A DNA stretch of 48,932 bases, from positions 1 through 48,932 of the forward strand of contig CAZIVZ010000001.1 of assembly GCA_964542495.1 (NCBI GenBank), written 5' to 3'. Positions 1 to 9,040 of the stretch are shown here, piece by piece. A program made the position numbers and the translations under genes. How positions within the stretch are numbered: position 1 is the stretch's first letter; each line of letters opens with the position of its first letter. A model generated the notes under the pieces. It had not been told where the DNA came from. It saw only the letters and a list, made by a program, of their open reading frames with translations, and searched no databases. The stretch comes from an uncultured Aquihabitans sp. GTDB taxonomy: Bacteria > Actinomycetota > Acidimicrobiia > Acidimicrobiales > Iamiaceae.

Positions 1-282
1 GCGGGCGGCGCCGCGGGCTGGGCGAAGCCGCTCCAGCCCCAGAGCTGGGTGGGCCGGCCGCTCGAGGAGCTCCCCGAGCGCCTGGGGGCATCCCTCGGCA
101 CGCCGTCGGAGCCCGAGGTGGTCAGCCACGGCAGCGTGGTCACGTCCAACGTCACCTTCGGCGGCGACCACGCGCCCATCGAGTTCCGGTCCATCGCCGG
201 GCCCGGCTCGTCGGCCGACGAGCTGCGCATCCTGCTCGCCACCGACGCCGACCTCACGCCGGCCGCCGGAGGGCGTGCGTGA
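1..282 (+). CDS. Partial CDS (5' end outside window); C-terminal PAS-like domain, probably of another N-Twitch radical SAM paralogue
   Basis: Frame is open from base 1 (AGGAAGWAKPLQPQSWVGRPLEELPERLGASLG...TSNVTFGGDHAPIEFRSI). It aligns by eye to the C-terminus of the 25978-27444 rSAM (TWAAAFEPGGWRGRGAQDLVSIFEAHLG...ETSIRFGSHDHPWTVRSV). Its stop overlaps the next start (GTGA at 279-282). Confidence 0.7.
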   Translation, partial: AGGAAGWAKPLQPQSWVGRPLEELPERLGASLGTPSEPEVVSHGSVVTSNVTFGGDHAPIEFRSIAGPGSSADELRILLATDADLTPAAGGRA

Positions 283-1415
283 CCGGGCTCCGGGCCCTGC
301 TGCGGCGCGGGCGCGGTGGCGATCCGGTCCTGGCCGCGTACGACGCCCAGCGCCACACGCCCCACCGCCCGGGCATCTGCAACGCGCCGTTCTCCAACCT
401 GTACTTCGCCGCCAGCGGAAAGGTCGGACCGTGCTGGATCCAGCTCGGCGACATGGGCGAGCGGTGGAGCCCGGATCGCTCCATCCGAGACATCTGGACC
501 GGCCCCACGTTCACGAAGCTGCGTGAGGCCCTCGCCGACCAGCGCTTCCCCGGGCCCTGCGGCCGGTGCCACCACGACATCGAGTCCGGGGTGGCCCCCC
601 TCGCGGCGATCTACGACCGCGATCCGGCCATCATCGACTGGCCCACCAGCCTCGAGCTCGAGCTGTCGAACCTGTGCAACTTCGAGTGCGTGATGTGCAC
701 GGGGGAGCTGTCGTCGAAGATCCGCCGCAACCGCGAGCACCTCCCGCCGCTCGACGTGCCCTACGACGACACCTTCGTGGACCAGGTGGCCGAGCTGATC
801 CCCACCCTGGCCCAGGTGCGCTTCAGCGGGGGCGAGCCGCTGCTGCACCCGATCATGCACAAGATCTGCGACCGGATCATCGAGCTCCGCCCCGACCTCC
901 GCATCGACGTGTCCACCAACGGCTCCACCCTCAACGACCGGGTCCGCCGGCTCCTGGAGCGGGCCACCGTGCAGATCAACATCTCGTTCGAGTCGCTGCG
1001 CCCCGAGCGCTACGAGTCCATCCGGATCGGGTCGGACCACGCCACGCTCCTCGCCAACATCGAGACCTTCCGCGAGCTGGTGAAGCCCAACGGCGGGCTG
1101 GTCACGATCAACACCAACCCCATGCGCGAGACCTGGTCGGAGATGGCCGACATCGTGCGGTTCTGCGACGAGCGAGACCTGCACCTGTCGTTCAACACGG
1201 TGATCAAGCCGGCCGAGATGTCGCTTCGCACCCTGCCGGCCGCCGAGCTCGAGTCGATCCACGCCACGCTCGCCGCCGAGCGCTTCGACGAGCAGGCGTC
1301 CACCGCTGCCGCCTGGAACCACGCCCAGTACGCCAACTTCCTGGAGCAGGTGCGCACCTGGCTCGACGACGCCCGCGGGCGTCCGGTGGCCGTGGGCCTC
1401 CGGGCCCGGGCCTGA
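279..1415 (+). CDS. Radical SAM protein with N-terminal Twitch/SPASM-like Fe-S domain
   Basis: N-terminal CNAPFSNLY...GKVGPCW...CGRC; rSAM motif CNFECVMC, SGGEP, VSTNG, ISFES..YESIR. Confidence 0.92.
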   Translation: MTGLRALLRRGRGGDPVLAAYDAQRHTPHRPGICNAPFSNLYFAASGKVGPCWIQLGDMGERWSPDRSIRDIWTGPTFTKLREALADQRFPGPCGRCHHDIESGVAPLAAIYDRDPAIIDWPTSLELELSNLCNFECVMCTGELSSKIRRNREHLPPLDVPYDDTFVDQVAELIPTLAQVRFSGGEPLLHPIMHKICDRIIELRPDLRIDVSTNGSTLNDRVRRLLERATVQINISFESLRPERYESIRIGSDHATLLANIETFRELVKPNGGLVTINTNPMRETWSEMADIVRFCDERDLHLSFNTVIKPAEMSLRTLPAAELESIHATLAAERFDEQASTAAAWNHAQYANFLEQVRTWLDDARGRPVAVGLRARA

Positions 1416-1421
1416 CTCGCG

Positions 1422-3308
1422 TCAGCGGGCCGGTCCGAGGCGGACGACGGTCCCCGCCGAGCTCGAACGGGCGACGGCCACGAGGTGGTGGCCGTCGGGC
1501 CAGCGAAGCTCGACGGCAACGAGGCCGGGCTCCAGCTCCTCGGCGGTGAAGGTGGGCGCCAGCTCGCTGCGCTCGGGGAGGAGCAGGTCGGTCGGCGCGA
1601 GGCAGGGGATCCCGAGGTCGGTCCGCAGGCCGAGCTCGTGGGCCAGGTCCTCGGGCCCGATGGCCACGAGGGTGCCGGCGGCGTCGATCGCGAACGACAC
1701 CAGGTGCTCGTCGCGGCAAGCGGCGCGCAGGTCGGCCTCCACGTCCGCCTCGGTGGGTGGGAGCCAGTACTCGAAGCGCAGGCTGATCCCGGACGCGTCG
1801 GCCCGAATGGTCCGCCGCTCCGACACGGGGCCCTCGGTGCCGTCGTAGCGGCGCTCCTCGACGGCGGTGTCGCGGTCCCATCGCCGCACGGCGCGCGCGT
1901 CGGGACGGTCGGCCCGCTCGAGCAGGGTCTGGATCTCGGCGGACATCATCCCCACGAGGCGATCCAGGTCCGCCAGGTCGAACCGGTCCAGCTCGCCCGC
2001 CGTCCGTGCCGCCTGCACCACGAGGTCGGGCCCGAGGTCGAGCTCCACCTCGGCGAGGGGGTCGTGCAGTCGGGCCCGCAGCCGCTCGGTCAAGCTGTCG
2101 GGGTCGGCGCGGTGGTCGGTGCCACCGCCGGTGTCGGCGTCGTCCGTGCTGGCCGAGAGCTGGCCCAGGTGAGGGTGGCGCGCCCCCGAGGTGCCGTCGG
2201 CGAGGGTCTGGTCGAGGCGCTCCAGGGCCAGGGCCCAGGTGGTCCGCCACGACGGCGGCAGATCCTCGATCTCGCCTTGGCGGGCGCGCAGCGACTCGAT
2301 GACCACCACCAGCTCCGGGGGCGTGAGGTGGTGCAGGCTCAGCTCCACCGGCGACAGCACGTCGTTGACGTACACGGCGAGCAGCCGATCGGCCGCCCAC
2401 CGGAGGTGGTCGGGGAACTCGTGCCAGTTCGCCGTCATCAGGCAGTGGGCCAGGTCGACCGTGTTGCCGTGGCGGTCGGCGATCTCGATGAACCGATCGA
2501 GGTGCTCCTGGAGCACATCCCAGCTGGCGCCCTGGCGGATGGGCTCGTACACCGCCGCGCTCGTGCCGTCGACCGACACCACCAGGTCGACGCCCGGACG
2601 GTCGAGCAGGGCCTCCACCCGCGGCGTGAGCACGCTCCCGTTGGTGGTGATGACGCAGCGCGTGTCGGTCTCGGCGGCGATCTCGAGGAGGCGCAGCGCT
2701 TCGGGCATGAGCAGGGGCTCGCCGCCGAAGAGGTGGATCTCATCGAGGCCGGGGGCGAGCTCGGCCACCTCGGCGAGCTGGCGGTCGCCGAAGACCCGTG
2801 GAAGGGCCGGGCGGCCCTCGCGGTGCAGCCGGATGGACGACGACCAGTCCCCGTTGCACATGGCGCACTGGAGGTTGCAGGCGTTCGACGGCGCCAGCTC
2901 CAAGCGCGTGGGGCCGGCGCCCTCCGGCGGCAGGCGATCGCGATCGAAGCGCGTGGCGTAGGTGACCTCGCGGCCGCGCCGCCCGGCCCACTCGCAGTGC
3001 TCGCAGCCCAGACCCAGGTCGAACCGCTCCATGGCCTCGCGGAGCTCGGCGACCGGCTCCCCCGTCCAGATCTCGCTCAGGGTGTGCTCGGCCACGTTGC
3101 CGAGGACCCGGGAGCTCTGGCAGCACGGTCGCGCGTCGCCGAACTGGTCGATGTGCAGCGACGTGAACGGTGCCCGGCAGGCGACCTCCCGCTCCACCGG
3201 TCCCGCGTCGACCAGGGCCTCGCCCGGCGGTTCGCCCGGCAGTTCGCCGAGGACCGGGTCCTGGCGCTGGTGCCGCGACAGCAAGGAGCGCAGTGGGTTG
3301 TGGCGCAA
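1422..3308 (-). CDS. N-Twitch radical SAM protein with two C-terminal PAS-like repeats
   Basis: CRAPFTSLHIDQFGDARPCC...CEHC; CNLQCAMC, FGGEP, ITTNG, VSVDG..YEPIR. The TTG start is supported by TAGCCT 6 nt upstream. Confidence 0.9.
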   Translation of the reverse strand: MRHNPLRSLLSRHQRQDPVLGELPGEPPGEALVDAGPVEREVACRAPFTSLHIDQFGDARPCCQSSRVLGNVAEHTLSEIWTGEPVAELREAMERFDLGLGCEHCEWAGRRGREVTYATRFDRDRLPPEGAGPTRLELAPSNACNLQCAMCNGDWSSSIRLHREGRPALPRVFGDRQLAEVAELAPGLDEIHLFGGEPLLMPEALRLLEIAAETDTRCVITTNGSVLTPRVEALLDRPGVDLVVSVDGTSAAVYEPIRQGASWDVLQEHLDRFIEIADRHGNTVDLAHCLMTANWHEFPDHLRWAADRLLAVYVNDVLSPVELSLHHLTPPELVVVIESLRARQGEIEDLPPSWRTTWALALERLDQTLADGTSGARHPHLGQLSASTDDADTGGGTDHRADPDSLTERLRARLHDPLAEVELDLGPDLVVQAARTAGELDRFDLADLDRLVGMMSAEIQTLLERADRPDARAVRRWDRDTAVEERRYDGTEGPVSERRTIRADASGISLRFEYWLPPTEADVEADLRAACRDEHLVSFAIDAAGTLVAIGPEDLAHELGLRTDLGIPCLAPTDLLLPERSELAPTFTAEELEPGLVAVELRWPDGHHLVAVARSSSAGTVVRLGPAR

Positions 3309-3314
3309 GACCTC

Positions 3315-3320
3315 AGGCTA
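3315..3320 (-). promoter_or_regulatory. Putative -10 element (TAGCCT) for a leaderless transcript
   Basis: TANNNT hexamer 6 nt before the TTG start at 3308; it overlaps the upstream gene's TAG stop. Confidence 0.35.
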
Positions 3321-4349
3321 TGCCCTGGCGTCCAAGCCCAGGCGCGAGAGCAGGCGCGGTCCCTCCACCGCGGCCAGCCACCGCTCCGGCGAGGCGAGCC
3401 ACGACGCCCCTCCCGGGAGCACCGCGGTCACGAGGTCGACCGTGGCGGGACCGACCGGATCGTCCGGTCCCCACGACGTCGTCCGCTCAGGCGCCAGTGC
3501 GGCCGAGAGTGCGGCGACGCCCGCTGGATCCGGGTCGGTGGCGGCCACGACGGCATCGACGGCCGCGACCGTCTGCCACGTGGTCGGCGATGCCGGCGCC
3601 AGGTGCACCACTCCGGCCAGCCCGGCGTCGGCCAGGTGGCGGGAGACCGAGCTCTCCGCCAGGTCGGCGTGCGGAAGGCTCCAGATCGCGTGCAGGCCGG
3701 GGTGGCGCTCGACGAGCGTCCACACCGCGCCGAGCACGGGGTCGGGTGGGATCGGCTCCCCGGGCAGGCCGCTCAAGAGGACGAGCGGTGCGTCCGGATC
3801 GAGGCCGAGTCGCTCGGCGAGCGCGAGGCGCAGCCGTGCGCTCAGACCTGGCGAGGCGTCCAGCCCGTCGGTGGGCTGCAGGTGGAGATCGTCGACGCGT
3901 GCCGCCGCACGACGTTCGATCCCGATCCGGTCCTGCTCGTCGAGGTCGGACCACGCCGTGCCGGAGGGGTGGGCGACGGCGACAACCGGGCCCGCCTCGG
4001 GGTCGAGCCAGTTGAGCAGGCGGCCGGCGGCGATGTCGACGAGCACGGGCACCGCCCCCGTCCGTAGGACGCGGCGGGTGTCGGTGCTGCGGACCAGCCC
4101 GGCCGGGCGCGACTGGGAGGCGCGCAGGAGCCCACGTGCCACCGATGCCGCGGGGCGCTCGTCGAGTACGACCACGTCGGTGGACCCCGCGAGCGTCCCG
4201 GGTTCACCCCCGCCGCTCGCGCTGACGACCCGCACGGCGAGCTCGGGCCGGTGCTCCCCCAGCCACCGCAGCAGCTCGAGCACGGAGGAGGTCGTCGGCC
4301 CGGTCCGCAGCGACGCGAGCAGGACCACCAGATCGGGCGGAGGCGCCAT
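3318..4349 (-). CDS. Hypothetical protein, degenerate glycosyltransferase family 4 (GT-B)-like
   Basis: ATG at 4349. Contains GPTTSSVLELLRWL, RLGLDPDAPLVLLSG and AGLAGVVHLAP...AAVDAVVAAT, which resemble a GT4 layout, but there is no E-x7-E motif. Confidence 0.55.
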   Translation of the reverse strand: MAPPPDLVVLLASLRTGPTTSSVLELLRWLGEHRPELAVRVVSASGGGEPGTLAGSTDVVVLDERPAASVARGLLRASQSRPAGLVRSTDTRRVLRTGAVPVLVDIAAGRLLNWLDPEAGPVVAVAHPSGTAWSDLDEQDRIGIERRAAARVDDLHLQPTDGLDASPGLSARLRLALAERLGLDPDAPLVLLSGLPGEPIPPDPVLGAVWTLVERHPGLHAIWSLPHADLAESSVSRHLADAGLAGVVHLAPASPTTWQTVAAVDAVVAATDPDPAGVAALSAALAPERTTSWGPDDPVGPATVDLVTAVLPGGASWLASPERWLAAVEGPRLLSRLGLDARA

Positions 4350-4369
4350 CGGTGCCGAGTGTCCGTCGG

Positions 4370-5581
4370 TCAGATGCCGTAGAGCATCCGGGCGTTGGCC
4401 CCGGCGATGAGGCGCTGCTGGTCGGCCGGCAGCGAGGCGATCGAGTCGCGCAGCTCGGCGGTGATGCCCGGGATCTTGGCGTCGGGGTGCGGGTAGTCGG
4501 TCGCCCAGATGATGCGGTCGGGCCCCACCAGCGGGGAGCCTGCGGTGAAGGCGATGGTGGACTCGTCGGCGTCGAAGCTGATCCAGCACTGGCGGCGGAA
4601 GATCGCCGACGGCTCCTCCTTGAGCCAGGGCACGTCCCACCCGTAGATGTGCGCGTGGTGGTCCAGCCGTTCGAGCCACGGCACGATCCAGCCGCCGTTG
4701 GTCTCCAGGAACACCACCCGCAGGTCGGGGAAGCGGTCGAGCACGCCTCCGGCCACCATGAACGTGAGGGTGTTCATCATGTCGACCGGGTTCCCGATCA
4801 TCTGCGTGAAGAAGATGTTGTCGACGGCGATGTCGGCCTCGTCCTGGACCGGGACCTCGGTGGTGCCGAGGTGGGCGAGGCGCAGCCCCTGGACGGCGCC
4901 GGGCAGGTCGGCGGACATCAGCGGGTGGAAGCCGACGGTGAGGCCGGCGTCGGACGCGGCTCGCCAGAGCACGTCGTAGACCGGGTCGTTGAGCGGCTTC
5001 CAGTCGACCACGGGGTTGGGTCGCACCTGGACGCCGACGATCCCGGGCCGGCCGGCCACGCGGCGGATCTCGGCCGCGGCGGCCTCGGGGTCGCGCTGGG
5101 GGAGCACGGCCACCCCGTGGAGCCGACCACCGCTCTCGGCCACGTGGTCGGTGAGCCAGTCGTTGTAGGCCTGGCACTGGGCGACGACGAGGTCGAGCGG
5201 GTGCTGGCTCTGGAAGCTCAACAGCAGGGTGGGGTAGAGCACCGATTCGTTGATGGAGTCGCGGTCCATGTCGGCGAGGCGCGGGGCCACGTTCCAGCAG
5301 CCGCCCTGGAGCTCGGAGAACCGCAGCTCGCCTCGGTGCGATCGGAGCCGCTCCTCCTCGGAGAACCCACCGGCGCCGCAGAGGGTGAAGACGTTGGCGG
5401 CCATGCGCTGGTCGCCGACCACGACCCACTCCTCGCCCTGGTCGTCGGTCTCGAGGTGGTAGATCCGGTCCCGGAACGCCGACGGGGCGTACTGCTGGAG
5501 CCCGAAGGGCGGCTCTACGATGTGTCCGTCGGCATCGACGAAGTCGAGGTCGAGAGCGGGGGTGGCCTCGGTGGTGCTCAT
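4370..5581 (-). CDS. Amidohydrolase family protein (amidohydro_2; decarboxylase/hydratase-like)
   Basis: VDADGHIVEPP, MDRDSINESVLYPT, AYNDWL, GFHP, FLETNGGW, WATDYPHPD. GGAG RBS before the ATG. Confidence 0.93.
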   Translation of the reverse strand: MSTTEATPALDLDFVDADGHIVEPPFGLQQYAPSAFRDRIYHLETDDQGEEWVVVGDQRMAANVFTLCGAGGFSEEERLRSHRGELRFSELQGGCWNVAPRLADMDRDSINESVLYPTLLLSFQSQHPLDLVVAQCQAYNDWLTDHVAESGGRLHGVAVLPQRDPEAAAAEIRRVAGRPGIVGVQVRPNPVVDWKPLNDPVYDVLWRAASDAGLTVGFHPLMSADLPGAVQGLRLAHLGTTEVPVQDEADIAVDNIFFTQMIGNPVDMMNTLTFMVAGGVLDRFPDLRVVFLETNGGWIVPWLERLDHHAHIYGWDVPWLKEEPSAIFRRQCWISFDADESTIAFTAGSPLVGPDRIIWATDYPHPDAKIPGITAELRDSIASLPADQQRLIAGANARMLYGI

Positions 5582-5645
5582 GGCTCCAGTCAACCGCGCG
5601 CCGGCCGCCGTCGCGCAATCTCTCGCGGCGGGTGTGCCCCGGCGG

Positions 5646-6980
5646 TCAGGACCCTCCGGAGGCCTCGATGCCGGCGCGCTGCTCGTCGAGCAGCGGGTGT
5701 GCAGCGCGATCGAGCAGCGTGAGCAGCGTGAGGGGTTCGGTGGGTGGGTCGTAGCGCTGGAAGCGGGGCTGTGGCGACGTGTCGACGTCGGCGGCTTCGG
5801 CCCGCAGGGCGCCCACCGTGCACGCGGCGCGTTCTCGGTGGGCGAAGGGGTCGAAGGAGAAGATCCGGCACGCGTTCTCGTGGGTGATGGCGGCGATCTC
5901 GTGGTCGGGCACCCGGGCGCGCTCCAGGGACTCCCAGAGGATCTCCGGCGAGTTCGGCCAGGTGGAGTCCGAGTGCGGGTAGTCGGACTCCCAGCACATC
6001 CCCGACAGCCCCACCAGCGCCCGGTTCTCCAGGCCGTGGAGGTCGTCGATGAAGCAGGTGGCGAACCGCTCCCGGAACAGGTCGCTCGGCAGCTGGTCGC
6101 CGAAGTCCGACCCGGTCCAGACCTGGTGGTGCCGGTACACGTAGTCGGCGCGCTCCAGGAAGTACGGCACCCAGCCGGTGCCCCCCTCCGACAGGGCGAA
6201 CCGCACGCCCGGGAACCGCCGTAGCACCGGCGACCACAGCAGGTCGGCAGCGGTCTGGAAGATGCCCACCGCCGTCAGGTTCAGCATCGTGGTGATGGGC
6301 GCCTCCATCGAGGTGATGGTCACCTGGCTCGACGAGCCGATGTGGATGCAGACCACGGTGCCGGTCTCCTCGCACGCCGCCCAGAACGGATCCCAGTGCG
6401 GGTTGTGGAAGCTCGGGTACCCGAGCTTCTCGGGGTTCTCGGACCACGTGACGGCGTGGCAGCCCGCTGCCGCGAGCCGCCGCACCTCGGCGGCCATGAG
6501 AGCGGGGTCCCAGTAGGGGATGAGGCCGATCGGAATGAAGCGCCCGGGGTAGGCGCCGCACCAGTCCTCCAGGTGCCAGTCGTTGTAGGCCGTCAGCACA
6601 GCGAGGCCGAGCTCCTTGTCGTCGGAGTTGCTGAACATCTGCCCGCAGAACTGCGGGAACGACGGGAAGTTCATCGACGCCAGGACGCCGTTCGCGTTCA
6701 TGTCGTCGATCCGGCGGTGCACGTCGTAGGCGCCCTCGCGGATCTCGGCGAAGCTCGTCGGGTCGACCCCGTACTCCGCCGGGGGTCGTCCGGCCACGGC
6801 GTTGAGGCCGACGTTGGGGATCAGCCGATCCTCGTAGATCCACTGATCGGACCCGTCGTCGCGTCGGACCACCTTCGGTGCTCGGTCCGCGAAGCGAGCA
6901 GGTAGGCGCCCGTCGAAGATGTCGGGGGGCTCGACCACGTGGTCGTCGACGGAGACGAGGATCAGGTCGCGAAGGTTCAT
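5646..6980 (-). CDS. Amidohydrolase family protein (amidohydro_2)
   Basis: VSVDDHVVEPP, AYNDWHLEDWC, CIHIGS, LSEGGTGW, WESDYPHSDSTWP. AGGAG RBS before the ATG at 6980. Confidence 0.93.
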   Translation of the reverse strand: MNLRDLILVSVDDHVVEPPDIFDGRLPARFADRAPKVVRRDDGSDQWIYEDRLIPNVGLNAVAGRPPAEYGVDPTSFAEIREGAYDVHRRIDDMNANGVLASMNFPSFPQFCGQMFSNSDDKELGLAVLTAYNDWHLEDWCGAYPGRFIPIGLIPYWDPALMAAEVRRLAAAGCHAVTWSENPEKLGYPSFHNPHWDPFWAACEETGTVVCIHIGSSSQVTITSMEAPITTMLNLTAVGIFQTAADLLWSPVLRRFPGVRFALSEGGTGWVPYFLERADYVYRHHQVWTGSDFGDQLPSDLFRERFATCFIDDLHGLENRALVGLSGMCWESDYPHSDSTWPNSPEILWESLERARVPDHEIAAITHENACRIFSFDPFAHRERAACTVGALRAEAADVDTSPQPRFQRYDPPTEPLTLLTLLDRAAHPLLDEQRAGIEASGGS

Positions 6981-7112
6981 GGTGGCTCCTGGTCGTGAGG
7001 GGACCATCCTGGCGCGCGAGCCGGTGACCCTGCCCCTCCGCCCGCTCAGCCCTGTCGCTCGGCTCGGCCGAGGAGTACCATGGCGTGAGCCATCGAACCT
7101 TGGAGCGATACC

Positions 7113-7952
7113 GTGGCCCGCTACCCCTTCCCGATCCCGTTCGGCTGGTTCCAGGTCTGTTGGCCCGAGGACGTCCCGGCCGAGGGCAGCTACTTCACCC
7201 ACAACGTCGGTCGAGACCTGGCGGTGAGCCCGTCCGCCGGTGGCTTCCAGGTGCGGGATGTGGACGGCGAGCGCACGTACCCCACCATCGTCCGCAACGG
7301 GTTGGTGATGTTCTGGTACCACCCCAACGACGCGCCGCCCTCGTACGAGATCCCGGAACTGGCCGAGTTCGGCGGCGGGGCCGAGTACTCCGCCCCGGTC
7401 CGTCGCCACCACCCCCGCATCAACGCCCTGTGGCAGGAGCTGGGCGAGACCGCCGCCGATGTCGCCCACATCCAGCAGCACCTCGTCGAGTACGGCGCCG
7501 ACGTCGGGTCCTCCGGAGACGGCCTCCGCCTGGCCCAGGTGGTGGACACCCACTGGGACGGTCCGCACGGCTACATGAGGCTCAGCCAGCCGTTCCCCAC
7601 CCCGTGGGGCCCGGTGGAGGGTCGGATCGACACCGACTCCCACGGCCCGGGCTTCTCGGTGACGTGGTTCCGCGGCCTCATCGACACCGGGCTCATCGGG
7701 TGCAACATCCCGATCGACGAGGAGTCCACCGAGATCCGGTTCACGTTCGTGTGCCGGCGCGCCGACGACGACGCCGGCACGGAGCGGATGGCGCAGTCCT
7801 TCATGGACCAGATCCACCGCCTGGCGGTCGACGACCTCGAGATCTGGGAGCACAAGGCCTATCTGGCCCGGCCGTGCCTCGCCGACACCGACGGGCCCAT
7901 CATGAAGTTCCGGCGGTGGGCGAGCCAGTTCTACGTCGACGAGCCCGTCTGA
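7113..7952 (+). CDS. KshA-like Rieske oxygenase homologue lacking the [2Fe-2S] binding segment
   Basis: N-terminus RYPFPIPFGWF...GRDLAV; YPTIVRNGLVMFWYHP; ETAADVAH..H; GPGFS; DLEIWEHKAY..RPCLADTDGPIMKFRRWASQFY. No CxH or CxxH motif. Confidence 0.8.
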   Translation: MARYPFPIPFGWFQVCWPEDVPAEGSYFTHNVGRDLAVSPSAGGFQVRDVDGERTYPTIVRNGLVMFWYHPNDAPPSYEIPELAEFGGGAEYSAPVRRHHPRINALWQELGETAADVAHIQQHLVEYGADVGSSGDGLRLAQVVDTHWDGPHGYMRLSQPFPTPWGPVEGRIDTDSHGPGFSVTWFRGLIDTGLIGCNIPIDEESTEIRFTFVCRRADDDAGTERMAQSFMDQIHRLAVDDLEIWEHKAYLARPCLADTDGPIMKFRRWASQFYVDEPV

Positions 7953-8063
7953 CCCGACCGGGCGGTGGCCCCGCCCTGCCCTCGCAACCCGGCTTGTCGA
8001 TACAGTCGCGTGCCAGCAAGTCCGTCATCGCTTGAACAGGGCCTCGGCCGGAGAGAGGTGTGC

Positions 8064-9029
8064 ATGCCGGGTGTGGCGCTGGTCACGGGGGGCGCTGGCT
8101 TCATCGGGACCAACCTGGTGCGACGCCTCGTCGCCGATGGCCACGCCGTGCGCGTGCTCGATCGGCGACCTCCGGTGCCGCTGGACGGCGTCGATTGGGT
8201 CGAGGGAGACGTGCGTGATGCACGCGTGGTGGGCCCGGCCACGGCCGGAGCGTCGGTCATCTACCACCTCGCTTCCGTCGTCGGCGTCGATGCCCTGCTC
8301 GCCGACCCGGTCGAGGCGGTCGACGTCGCGGTGTCGGGCACGCTGCGCGTCCTGGACGCGATCGGTCGGTCCCGCACCCCGTTGGTGCACCTCTCCACGA
8401 GCGAGGTCCTCGGGGTGAACCCCGCGGTCCCGTGGGCCGAGGATGCCGAGCGCGTGCTCGGCTCCACCTGGTCGGACCGGTGGAGCTACGCCACCGCCAA
8501 GGCGGCTGCGGAGCACCTGGTCCTCGGGCGCAAGGGGGCTCGGGGAGGCCCCACCACGGTCGTGCGACCGTTCAACGTGTACGGACCGGGTCAGGAGCCC
8601 CGCTTCGTCGTGGCGGCGATGGTGGCCGCCGCGGTCGAGGGGGCGGCGATCACCGTCGACGGCACCGGCGCGCAGACCCGGTGCTTCACCTACGTCGACG
8701 ACCTGGTGGAGGGACTGGTCCGGGTGGGGGGCGCGGCCGGCCGGGTGCCCGTGGTCCACCTCGGCTCGGAGGACGAGCGGACCATCCTGGAGCTGGCCAA
8801 GCTCGTGCAGGAGGCGGTCGGGACCGACGTGCCGATCGTGTTCCGCGAGTTCGACGAGCGGTGGGCGCAGGACGTCCCCGACGTGCCCCGCCGCGTTCCC
8901 GATGCCGGCCTTGCCCTCAGCGCCTTCGGGTGGCGTGCCACCACACCGCTCAACGAGGGCCTCGCCAAGGTCGTCGGCTGGGCGCGCGACCAGGGCGACC
9001 GGGCGGCCATCCCGGCCGGGCGGTCGTAG
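8064..9029 (+). CDS. NAD-dependent epimerase/dehydratase (NDP-sugar, extended SDR)
   Basis: LVTGGAGFIG, HLASVVGV, STSEV, RWSYATAK (YxxxK), RPFNVYGPGQ, QTRCFTYVDD. Confidence 0.93.
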   Translation: MPGVALVTGGAGFIGTNLVRRLVADGHAVRVLDRRPPVPLDGVDWVEGDVRDARVVGPATAGASVIYHLASVVGVDALLADPVEAVDVAVSGTLRVLDAIGRSRTPLVHLSTSEVLGVNPAVPWAEDAERVLGSTWSDRWSYATAKAAAEHLVLGRKGARGGPTTVVRPFNVYGPGQEPRFVVAAMVAAAVEGAAITVDGTGAQTRCFTYVDDLVEGLVRVGGAAGRVPVVHLGSEDERTILELAKLVQEAVGTDVPIVFREFDERWAQDVPDVPRRVPDAGLALSAFGWRATTPLNEGLAKVVGWARDQGDRAAIPAGRS

Positions 9030-9040
9030 GGATCCGTCGG

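Noticed and set aside
279-330. Twin-arginine (Tat) signals on rSAM and PhyH N-termini
   Set aside because: RR pairs are present but no hydrophobic h-region follows, and SAM/2OG enzymes are expected to be cytoplasmic.
1485-4067. Long ORFs such as 1485-4067(+), 4352-5722(+), 13420-16764(+), 26458-28218(-), 34025-36349(+), 37249-39570(-) and 42903-45125(-)
   Set aside because: These are antisense shadows of well-supported genes, typical of high-GC DNA, with no recognisable motifs.
3318-5618. Apparent long fusions or N-terminal extensions in the ORF track (3318-5618, 5646-7853, 11421-13340, 21178-23028, 30163-33285, 32817-36098, 47011-47994)
   Set aside because: The upstream parts are R/P/G-rich off-frame or antisense translations overlapping neighbouring genes. 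Real starts lie downstream with SD, -10 or stop-overlap support, so no frameshift needs to be invoked.
7960-7976. GGGCGG-tggcc-CCGCCC hairpin after the KshA-like gene
   Set aside because: Only a 6-bp stem with no U-tract; expected by chance at this GC content.
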